Below, piece after piece: positions 30,178 to 38,728 of a stretch of DNA of 64,000 nt; the first letter of the stretch is position 1, and each line of letters starts with the position of its first letter. The stretch is taken from NCBI RefSeq assembly GCF_039944555.1, contig NZ_JBDUYN010000009.1:128404-192403 (forward strand). Direction: 5' to 3'. The notes below the pieces were generated by a model. That model worked only from the letters and a program-made list of their open reading frames with translations, did no database searches and was not told where the DNA came from. The DNA is from Reichenbachiella sp. Its GTDB lineage: Bacteria; Bacteroidota; Bacteroidia; Cytophagales; Cyclobacteriaceae. Made by a program: the position numbers and the translations under genes.

Positions 30178-31477
30178 ATGGCAACAGAGGTTTTCGTTTT
30201 ATGATTTCGTAAAATCCAACACCCATGATGACCGAATATTCTAAAGCAATCCAAAGCATGGGATGTGTATAGCCTGCTGATGAATAACCAATATAAGAAA
30301 GGACAGCCAAGAAAGACCAAACTATTGGAAAGGCATATCCGGTCATACAACTAAAGGCAATCAGCGGAATCACATACCAGGGATGTACAGTTGTCGCCAA
30401 TATTAGTTGTACAAAAAGAACGAGGGTCAACGCCTTGAACCAATCTGTATTTCTATTGACCACAACAAAACTGTAAACCATAATTATTGCAAAAGCTGCG
30501 TAAGACATCCTCGGACCGGCTGTTTGGACAATATCATATCCCATCACCCAAAAACCAGTTTCTCGGATCAGAAAAAATAGGCCGGCATTGAACTCAAATT
30601 TCCTAAAGAACAAATCCAATCCACTGAACATACCTTTTAATATTTCGAAGTCGAGAATAGGAAAAGAAAGCCCCACCAAAATACTACCAATGATTATATA
30701 ACCTATAGCAGCCCGCTGAAATCCCGTTTTTTTGAGTAAGACTGGCAGAAACATGAGTGGCGTTAATTTGGCCAGGATGCCCAACGAAAGAGCAACAGCT
30801 GCCTTTCTCCACTGCTCCTTTTGATAAAGCCAACCAGCTAACAATACGAAAAAAACCACAAGCCCTTCAAAGTGAAGGTTACCTATGAGTTCTAAAATCA
30901 CAAGCGGATTGAGGGCATAGATCATCACTTTGGAACTGTCGGAAGTCAATTGAAAGAGTAAGTAAATTGCAGCTACCTCAAACAAAAGCAAGACGATTCT
31001 AATCAAAGTCATGGAAAGAAATACATCTTTAATTCCGAACCAGGCAGGGATTGAAAAAATGTATTGACTAAGAGGCGGATAGGTCGAATGATATTCCGGT
31101 GAATTCAAACGCTGGTATAGTTCGTCATAACCCGCAGGTAGTTCATTCATCAAATCAGCAGGAGTAGATGAATAAGGGTTGATACCCTCTACCCAAATCT
31201 GACCATCCCAGATAAAACGATAGTAGTCATCTGACAATCTTGGTGATCCAAAAAAAAGGAGCACGCGCATGACAATCGCAAGAAGCAGTAGTTGATTAAA
31301 GTTAAGGTCTACTTTTTTGTAAAATACCAGATAAGAAATGAATGCAACGAGATAAGAAACTATCAGCCAGTTACTGCTTCTTTCAGTCCCATAATGTATA
31401 GTCAAAATGGGTAATAACAATCCTAAGAAGAGTATTACGGTTTTAACGCCGAAACCCCATTTAGGCATGTTTGACAT
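30170..31477 (-). CDS. Multi-pass membrane glycosyltransferase (GT-C, GT87/DUF2029-like)
   Basis: LSDDYYRFIWDG, YPPLSQ, YALNPLVILE..GNLHFE, TVHPWY; many TM helices. Confidence 0.8.
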   Translation of the reverse strand: MSNMPKWGFGVKTVILFLGLLLPILTIHYGTERSSNWLIVSYLVAFISYLVFYKKVDLNFNQLLLLAIVMRVLLFFGSPRLSDDYYRFIWDGQIWVEGINPYSSTPADLMNELPAGYDELYQRLNSPEYHSTYPPLSQYIFSIPAWFGIKDVFLSMTLIRIVLLLFEVAAIYLLFQLTSDSSKVMIYALNPLVILELIGNLHFEGLVVFFVLLAGWLYQKEQWRKAAVALSLGILAKLTPLMFLPVLLKKTGFQRAAIGYIIIGSILVGLSFPILDFEILKGMFSGLDLFFRKFEFNAGLFFLIRETGFWVMGYDIVQTAGPRMSYAAFAIIMVYSFVVVNRNTDWFKALTLVLFVQLILATTVHPWYVIPLIAFSCMTGYAFPIVWSFLAVLSYIGYSSAGYTHPMLWIALEYSVIMGVGFYEIIKRKPLLPYV

Positions 31478-32915
31478 TTTTTAAAGAATGAAAAAATATA
31501 ATACCGAAACCTGTCGCCAACATGATATGAAAGATAATCAATCCGAAATCATGCAACCACCAAGCGGATACAATGCCCATTACAAAATACAGACAAAGCA
31601 CTCCCTCTAACAGCGTACCCCAGGTCAATTTGGTCTTGATATATTGATTGCTCACCCAGCTCTCGTTTTTCGTGGTAATGTTAAACTTAGGGGTTCGGAT
31701 GAACGGTGTCTTGAAACCCAGAAAGCCTTCCATGACAGCCATTGCGTTATGCAGGGCCAAGCCCATAGAAAATGATAAAAAAAGCGGGAATTTCTTTAGA
31801 AAAATGACTCGGGTTCGCACTTTCTCGATCTGCTTCAGGCCTACATAATAAAAGGTGGCAATGGAAAAGAATCCTAATAGGAAGAAACTGCCCAGGTTGA
31901 ACAACCATTCCAATCCAGCATTGGCATCTTTGATATAAAGCATGGGTATGCTCAATACTGATGCGGTCAGTAATAGCACAAAAACACTGCTATTGAGTAA
32001 GTGCATGGCAGCGTGAAGTTTGATCATGAAGGACATGTCAGAACGAAAAACATTAAATAGATTTTTCTTTGCCGTCTCAGCGGCGCCCTTATTCCATCGA
32101 TACTGTTGGGACTTAATGGCCGACATAATCACGGGAAGCTCGGCAGGAGACTCCACGGTTTCGTCAAACTGAAACTTCCACCCTTTAAGCTGTGCCCGGT
32201 AACTAAGATCAAGATCTTCTGTCAGTGTATCTGCAGACCAACCACCGGCATCCAACACACAGGATTTGCGCCAAATTCCAGCGGTGCCATTAAAATTCAT
32301 AAAGCTTCCCGAACGATTACGTCCACCCTGCTCTACGGTGAAATGAGCGTCCAGACCAAATGCCTGCATCTCGGTTAGCATAGAATAATCCTTGTTGACA
32401 TGCCCCCAGCGGGTTTGAACCATACCAATTTTTTCGTTGCCGAAATAGCCAACAGTTCTTTTTATAAAATCGCTACCTGGAAGAAAATCGGAGTCAAATA
32501 TGGCCATAAACTCCCCTCTGCAAATCTCAGTACCGTGGGCCAAGGCTCCTGCCTTAAAACCTTTTCTATCTGTACGTCTGATTTGAAGTATATCAAACCC
32601 TTCGGCTTGATACTGTGCCACTTTTCTGGCAATAATTTCCACCGTTTCGTCAGTAGAATCATCGAGCACCTGAATTTCCAACTTGTGTTTGGGATAATCC
32701 AGTTTAGTAATGCTGTCAATGAGACGTTCGGCAACATATTTCTCATTAAAAACCGGCAGCTGAACCGTTACAATAGGTTCATAGTCCGAATCAAAATTGG
32801 AAGTATCCGTTGATTTGGGTCTGGTATATATCCAAGTGAGATGCAGCTGACTCAAGCTGAATAAAAAGATGGCAAACAAGGCTGTACAGTATACAACTAC
32901 TACGATCCACTCCAT
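31461..32915 (-). CDS. Processive GT2, cellulose synthase-like (CslA-like)
   Basis: VTVQLPVFNE, VLDDSTD, GFKAGAL, IFDSDF, TEDLDLSYRAQL, QQYRWNKG (D,D,D,QxxRW); C-terminal TMs. Confidence 0.9.
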   Translation of the reverse strand: MEWIVVVVYCTALFAIFLFSLSQLHLTWIYTRPKSTDTSNFDSDYEPIVTVQLPVFNEKYVAERLIDSITKLDYPKHKLEIQVLDDSTDETVEIIARKVAQYQAEGFDILQIRRTDRKGFKAGALAHGTEICRGEFMAIFDSDFLPGSDFIKRTVGYFGNEKIGMVQTRWGHVNKDYSMLTEMQAFGLDAHFTVEQGGRNRSGSFMNFNGTAGIWRKSCVLDAGGWSADTLTEDLDLSYRAQLKGWKFQFDETVESPAELPVIMSAIKSQQYRWNKGAAETAKKNLFNVFRSDMSFMIKLHAAMHLLNSSVFVLLLTASVLSIPMLYIKDANAGLEWLFNLGSFFLLGFFSIATFYYVGLKQIEKVRTRVIFLKKFPLFLSFSMGLALHNAMAVMEGFLGFKTPFIRTPKFNITTKNESWVSNQYIKTKLTWGTLLEGVLCLYFVMGIVSAWWLHDFGLIIFHIMLATGFGIIFFHSLKNVKHA

Positions 32916-33617
32916 TTACAAATATCTAAATATAGTTTGAATGATTTTGTATCCGGCAAGGATTGTTCCTTTGACCGTTCCTGATATCTTAGATACACCA
33001 ATTCGGTTGCGATAGTTCACTGGCACTTCAGCTATTTTCATTTTTTGCTTGGCTGCTTTGAGTTGCATCTCCACCGTCCAGCCATAGGTTTTGTCCTGCA
33101 TCTGCATTTGAAGCAAACTCTGGTAGTTGATTGCTCTAAAAGGACCAAGGTCGGTATAGCGCACTTTATATAATTTTCTGAGCAAAAAAGTGGCGAGCCA
33201 GTTGCCAAAAATCTGTTGCGGAGTCATGGCGCCGGATTCTTTCCGACCAAGTGCACGTGAGCCAATTACCAAATCTGCATTTCCGGTTCTGATGGGTTCA
33301 AGTAAGGCGTGCATATGCTCAGGGTAGTCCGAGTGATCTCCATCCAGAAAAACAACCGCATCAGGTTTGGGGTCAGTTTGGTCTGCGATATATGCCATTC
33401 CCATCAGGCAGGCATAACCATAGCCCCTGGCCGATTCTTCGAGGACTATAGCCCCACGTTTTTTTGCTACCTCAATAGAGTCATCCGTAGAACCATTGTC
33501 TACTACGATGATATTTCGTACTCGCTCTTTTGGTATTTCATCAATGACCAAGCCGACGGCATTTTGCTCATTGAGAACGGGAATGATAACATCTACGATC
33601 TGAGATTTAGCCATCAA
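32916..33617 (-). CDS. GT2 family glycosyltransferase (DPM1-like)
   Basis: VIIPVLNE, VVDNGSTD, FLDGDHSD, VIGSR, TDLGPFRA, YGWTVEMQ. Confidence 0.9.
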   Translation of the reverse strand: MMAKSQIVDVIIPVLNEQNAVGLVIDEIPKERVRNIIVVDNGSTDDSIEVAKKRGAIVLEESARGYGYACLMGMAYIADQTDPKPDAVVFLDGDHSDYPEHMHALLEPIRTGNADLVIGSRALGRKESGAMTPQQIFGNWLATFLLRKLYKVRYTDLGPFRAINYQSLLQMQMQDKTYGWTVEMQLKAAKQKMKIAEVPVNYRNRIGVSKISGTVKGTILAGYKIIQTIFRYL

Positions 33618-33982
33618 TCCTCTGGATAAGGAATGAATATGAAATTAGTGAACTCTTCGTCAACTACGAACAAGCAACAAAACTCATCAGGATTCTTGTA
33701 GGCCTCTTTGAAGATATCGATGTTCTTTTCTTTGACCAGGTCTCTCTGTACAAACTCATCCAAAAAAGACGCTGAATAATTCCACTCAGCATCCAGTTCT
33801 TTTTGTTTGATCAAAATCTGACCTACGCCTACTTCTGTTTTCGCTATTGCGAAAATGGGGTAGTCAGAAAAACCACGACTTCTGATCTGATAAGAAGCCT
33901 CTTTCAGATTGTCTGATACCTTGATAAAATCCTGAGTAATTGTACCCAGGTATTTGCCGCTTAGTTCCGGATCGTTATTCAT
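33614..33982 (-). CDS. Small acidic hypothetical protein
   Basis: 122 aa ORF with ATGA overlap onto the GT2 gene; first gene of the operon. Confidence 0.75.
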   Translation of the reverse strand: MNNDPELSGKYLGTITQDFIKVSDNLKEASYQIRSRGFSDYPIFAIAKTEVGVGQILIKQKELDAEWNYSASFLDEFVQRDLVKEKNIDIFKEAYKNPDEFCCLFVVDEEFTNFIFIPYPED

Positions 33983-34422
33983 AAAATTGTAATGCTCTTA
34001 TGTTAATTTTTTGGTAACACATCTAATGACAGAATAAATCCATCCAGGCCGTCAAAAGATTTAATACTCTCCTTTTTAGTCTTGATCGTTTGTGTAATAA
34101 TTATCTCTGCTCGTGCAAAGAACGAACAAATGCATCTCAATTTCCATTTTTTTCAAATCGAAAAATTGAATCTGGGTTCATTAATTTTTGAAGAGCCTGT
34201 ATTAGAGCTCATCATTTTGCGGTTGTTAAATATTTGACTGCCCTACCTTCTGATAACACATAATAACTCAAGTTGGGGCAGATGCATTTGGAACCGGTAG
34301 AGTTGAACAATTGAACCATACTAGCAACTGTCGGAAAAGTTATATCATTTGCCGGAATAGTACAACATCATACATCAGGCTAACCATAGTTTTGCTCCTA
34401 AAAAAATTAAAATAAAGCTTTC

Positions 34423-37332
34423 ATGATTCATTATAGAGCAAAGTTTATCCTGTTTTTTATCTGGTTGGTTCCATCTATACTTCCGGCGCAGCCTCAGAAA
34501 GCACTGTGGGAGGCAATGGATTCACACTCAAGAATCTCAGAGCAATGGCAGGGAATACCTGTGAATAGAAAAAAACTCAATCGTGACATGCTTGTCCATG
34601 TTTTAAGCGATATTGATAGGAATGGCAGTTCCACAATCAGTATTCCTCATCCTTCCGGTGCAGAAACGCAGTTTGACATCCAGCCATCAAATCTTTTGTC
34701 AAGGGAAGTCCAGAATCGGCATCCTGAAATTCAAACATTTAAAGGGTTCAACAAAAGCGGAGAGTTGGTTCGGATGAATTGGACCACAGATGGTTTGCAC
34801 GCCATGATCTTTTCAAAAGATGGCACGATCTATCTCGATCCAATGAGTCATGAGAGAGATGAGTATGTATCCTATTTTGAAGCAGATTATAGAAGTGCTC
34901 ACAAAGACGGATATCAACCTGCTTGTGGTAGCAATGATATTCTTTCTGAAGATAATCAAATCGACCATAACGGTAGGCTTCTAAATACTACATTTCAAAA
35001 AGGTCAGGTTGGAGATCAGTTCAAAAAGTATCGCTTAGCCCTTGTTGTCAAGTCGAATTTTACCAACGAAAGAGGGGGCGGCAATGTGAACACTGCGTTT
35101 AACAAGGTTTTGAGTATCGTAGACCGCCTGACGGGTATTTATGAATCTCAACTAGGTATCACTTTTGAGTTGGTGACAGGCACAGAAACCGTTTTTTCCG
35201 ATAGCAATCCTGGACCATACGTACTTTCAATCAATAGATTAACAGGAAATGACAATGATCGTATCCTGGCTATTAACTATCTAAACGATGACAATAACCT
35301 AGGCGCAGACAACTATGACATAGGACATGTCATAGCAGCAGGGCATCAAGGGGGTATTGCTTCTATTGGTCGTGTATGCCAAGATAACCTGAAGGCCGGC
35401 GGTATGACAACATTTCCTTTGGGAGTGGACATAGAGGTAATTTTGATTCGGACTTTTGTTCATGAAATAGGCCATCAATTTGGTGCACTTCACACCTATT
35501 CTTCAGTAGATGCTGGGTGTAATGGTGAATTCCAGATTAACGGAGCCTATGAAATAGGCAGTGGAAATACGCTTATGTCATATGCTGGTGTTTGCGGAGA
35601 CAATAACCTTCAGTCCCTCAGTGATGATTATTACCATGCCATATCTACACAGCAAGTATTAGCTTACACGACAACAGGTGATGGAAAGGGTTGTGGGGTT
35701 CCTGTAGATCAGGATAATACACCTCCGGTAGTCAGCATTCGGGAAAGTGGTTTTGTAATACCTGTTAATACTCCGTTCGTTTTAGAGGCTGAGGGAAGTG
35801 ATGAAGATTTAGATGATCTGACTTACAACTGGCAACAATTTGACCAGGCGACTGCAGAAGAAAACATGCAGGGGACGACTGAAGGCGGGGAACCTCTTTC
35901 CAGAGAGGAATTTATTGCAGCAGGTTTTGTAGATCCTAATCTTGCTGACGAACTCATTGATTTAGCGTACCAAGCTTATTTGGTAGATTTTGAGTATGCG
36001 TTTAGAGGAGACGGCCCTCTCTTTAAAAACTTCAAACCTACTGCCAACAACAAAAGATATTTTCCCGGGCTCGAACTTGTCTTAGCCGGAAACACCTCTA
36101 GCACTGAAGTGATGCCTTTTACCTCCAGAGCACTAAACTTTGCGATCAGTGTCAGTGACGGTGTAGGCGGTACAAATAACGATTTGATTTCATTTACTTC
36201 CACCACGGAAGCGGGGCCGTTTCAAGTCACAACGGAATTCTCCAATCCTTCTTATAATGGTCTAAGTAATATCACGCTCAATTGGGACGTGGCTAACACT
36301 AATTTAGCACCCGTCAACTGCCAGAAAGTAGCTGTTCTTTTTTCCACAGATGGTGGAGAAAATTTTGATATCACGCTTTTGGAAAGCACCGATAACGACG
36401 GCTCGGAGACGATCAGGTTACCGAATTTGCCTACCTCAGAAGCCCGAATCATGGTCAAAGCTGTTGATAACATTTTCTTTAATGTCAACGATACTGATTT
36501 CAGTGTATCAAAATCCGATGTGGATATACCAGAGGCACCTTCTACATTGGCTGGAATCAGAGAGAATAGTACCACCATTGATCTATCCTGGTCTGACAAT
36601 AGTGAAGTTGAAGACGGGTTCATCATAGAAAGACAATCAGAATCTGATACAGATTTCGCAGAAGTGGCAAGGGTAGCGGTCAACATTCAGAAATACCGTG
36701 ATCAGAATGCAGCAGCTAGTGAATTACATACCTACAGAGTGGCAGCATTCAACGCCACAGGTAGTTCTAACTATACCCATTCGATTTCGATCGGACAAAC
36801 GGCATCTTCCGCTACCGATATCTTAACTTTTGAGCTGACACAACAAGTCGGCAACACAGAAATTGATGATGAAGCTCATACTGTAAGTGTCAACTTAGCC
36901 GCCGGAACAGACATTAGCGCTTTGAACCCTACCCTCTCCCTCTCTGATGGTGCTACAAGCACTCCTGCAAACGGACAGACGGCAGACTTCACTAATCCTG
37001 TGACATATACCGTAACTGCCGAAGATGGAGTAACTGTGCAAGATTGGACCGTGGAGGTAACTGTAGACCAAAATGTATTGGCCATAAACAAAGAAAAAGA
37101 TTGGGACATTTACCCAAATCCTGTGAATCGCATCTTGCATATCAAGACTCTGGAACCCGTGATGGTATATCTAACCGATATATTTGGTAGAATGGTGTTA
37201 GGTACGAAGACTGGTAGTCATATTGAGTTAGACCTGGAAGGGTTGTCGACAGGAACCTATCTGCTGCTCATGGAGTATCAAGGGGCGACAAACATTCAAA
37301 AGGTTATCAAAACCAGCACTGAAATCAATTGA
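34423..37332 (+). CDS. Secreted reprolysin-like (M12B) zinc metalloprotease with FN3, DUF5018-like and T9SS domains
   Basis: Signal peptide; HEIGHQFGALH Zn motif; TLMSYAG Met-turn; FN3 (IDLSWSDNSEVEDGF, YRVAAFN); DFTNPVTYTVTAEDG; YPNPV...GTYLL C-terminus. Confidence 0.88.
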   Translation: MIHYRAKFILFFIWLVPSILPAQPQKALWEAMDSHSRISEQWQGIPVNRKKLNRDMLVHVLSDIDRNGSSTISIPHPSGAETQFDIQPSNLLSREVQNRHPEIQTFKGFNKSGELVRMNWTTDGLHAMIFSKDGTIYLDPMSHERDEYVSYFEADYRSAHKDGYQPACGSNDILSEDNQIDHNGRLLNTTFQKGQVGDQFKKYRLALVVKSNFTNERGGGNVNTAFNKVLSIVDRLTGIYESQLGITFELVTGTETVFSDSNPGPYVLSINRLTGNDNDRILAINYLNDDNNLGADNYDIGHVIAAGHQGGIASIGRVCQDNLKAGGMTTFPLGVDIEVILIRTFVHEIGHQFGALHTYSSVDAGCNGEFQINGAYEIGSGNTLMSYAGVCGDNNLQSLSDDYYHAISTQQVLAYTTTGDGKGCGVPVDQDNTPPVVSIRESGFVIPVNTPFVLEAEGSDEDLDDLTYNWQQFDQATAEENMQGTTEGGEPLSREEFIAAGFVDPNLADELIDLAYQAYLVDFEYAFRGDGPLFKNFKPTANNKRYFPGLELVLAGNTSSTEVMPFTSRALNFAISVSDGVGGTNNDLISFTSTTEAGPFQVTTEFSNPSYNGLSNITLNWDVANTNLAPVNCQKVAVLFSTDGGENFDITLLESTDNDGSETIRLPNLPTSEARIMVKAVDNIFFNVNDTDFSVSKSDVDIPEAPSTLAGIRENSTTIDLSWSDNSEVEDGFIIERQSESDTDFAEVARVAVNIQKYRDQNAAASELHTYRVAAFNATGSSNYTHSISIGQTASSATDILTFELTQQVGNTEIDDEAHTVSVNLAAGTDISALNPTLSLSDGATSTPANGQTADFTNPVTYTVTAEDGVTVQDWTVEVTVDQNVLAINKEKDWDIYPNPVNRILHIKTLEPVMVYLTDIFGRMVLGTKTGSHIELDLEGLSTGTYLLLMEYQGATNIQKVIKTSTEIN

Positions 37333-37428
37333 AGATCGACGTGAGCCGCATCTATCCAATAATTGACCTCAACAACACTTTGTTCAATTTCTTATAGGTA
37401 AAGGCATTCTTTTAATCCGCCTTGACTT

Positions 37429-37454
37429 AAGACTGCCATCTGGCAGTCTTTTTT
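37429..37454 (+). terminator. Rho-independent terminator
   Basis: AAGACTGCCA-TC-TGGCAGTCTT followed by a T-run, ~100 nt after the protease stop. Confidence 0.8.
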
Positions 37455-37654
37455 ATTCCCTATTTTAATTCCTCAGTTCCAACAGTACAATATTCTCCAC
37501 AGCGTGCGAGTACAGCGTATTAACCTCTCCGTTTTCCCGCAGATAGGTTGAGAACAAGCCAAGAAATGCTTCCTATTTTTTTGAAAACTCAAGAGCAATA
37601 AGATTTTTCCAGAAATATACATACGGTATTGTATCAGGGCAAAGTAGAATAGTT

Positions 37655-38401
37655 CTAATGCATAATTCCCTTTTCCTTTAGGAGTTTATACTTTTCTCCA
37701 CAATTCATACTTGTCAGTTGGTTACCATTGGATCCTTTACCCTTTCCCTTACGATATTGAGCCTTGTTTTCGGCGACGAACGCATTCCAATAGGCTTGGG
37801 CCTCCTCTCTGAAAATATCAATAACATGTCCATCTACTTCCTGATTATGGGCATCATTATCTGGGTAAGTCTGGATTAACGCGGCGAGCTCATTGTCTAT
37901 CTGAATTAGATCGTAGATGTCGAGTTCTCCATGATTGAATCTCGGAACACCGAGAACGAATTTGGTGATGTACTGAACTGCATAGATATCTTCGGCGTCC
38001 AAGGAGGCACCTTTTGTCTCAAGTTCCCTTTGCATGGGAAGGGCAAAAGATTCTGCAATAAATGAACGTTCAGTACCATCAAGAAAAACTAACTCATCAT
38101 ATTTCTCCTGTAATCTCTTGGTTCCTGCCAATGGATCTTTACCATTTTGCCTATTTTCCTTCTTTCTGATTTCCAATGCTTTAGCGGCAGGCTTTAATCT
38201 AGGAGCTGTAGCATTCCAGGTATTTAGGAATTCGTATAGCGGTTTTCTGATTTTGCTTTTTTCAGAATGATGAAGTGAAGCTACCTTTTCTGAAATGGTC
38301 AGTTGCGCGAAACATGGTAAGGTAAAAAGGCAAACCATTAAAAACACCAGGGAAGATTTAGCGGTAGTCATGATTATACGTCTTGAAATTCGAATGATCA
38401 A
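37655..38401 (-). CDS. Secreted hypothetical protein
   Basis: 248 aa ORF; likely start 38371 (MTTAKSSLVFLMVCLFTLPCFAQ signal peptide); no family recognised. Confidence 0.65.
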   Translation of the reverse strand: MIIRISRRIIMTTAKSSLVFLMVCLFTLPCFAQLTISEKVASLHHSEKSKIRKPLYEFLNTWNATAPRLKPAAKALEIRKKENRQNGKDPLAGTKRLQEKYDELVFLDGTERSFIAESFALPMQRELETKGASLDAEDIYAVQYITKFVLGVPRFNHGELDIYDLIQIDNELAALIQTYPDNDAHNQEVDGHVIDIFREEAQAYWNAFVAENKAQYRKGKGKGSNGNQLTSMNCGEKYKLLKEKGIMH

Positions 38402-38655
38402 TTTAAAAAAAGAATTACAAAAGATTTAGCGCGAATAAATTAAAATCATAAATCAACTTGTTTTTGTTTATGACCTCTGGTAGACACTTGATAGATTCGA
38501 TAATCGACACACAAACTATACTCTGAAAATTAGTCAGTTACAAAAAATGAGATGCATTTTTGTTTTCTTAATATTCATAGTCCGACCCTCGTCACGGACT
38601 AGAGAAGACTCCATTTTGTTCAGATGAAAACGCGCATGGGTTAAAGCATATCAAT

Positions 38656-38690
38656 AAAAAGGGCTGCCTAGATATTTATAGACAGCCCTT
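38656..38690 (-). terminator. Rho-independent terminator of the LPMO gene
   Basis: Minus strand AAGGGCTGTCTA-N8-TAGGCAGCCCTT followed by TTT; 12 bp stem with one G-U pair. Confidence 0.75.
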
Positions 38691-38728
38691 CCCATGTATG
38701 GGATTAAAAATGAAATATCATTTTTAGA

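Noticed and set aside
34303-34316. TTGAAC-AA-TTGAAC direct repeat upstream of the reprolysin gene
   Set aside because: Only two 6-mers, which is plausible by chance in AT-rich DNA.
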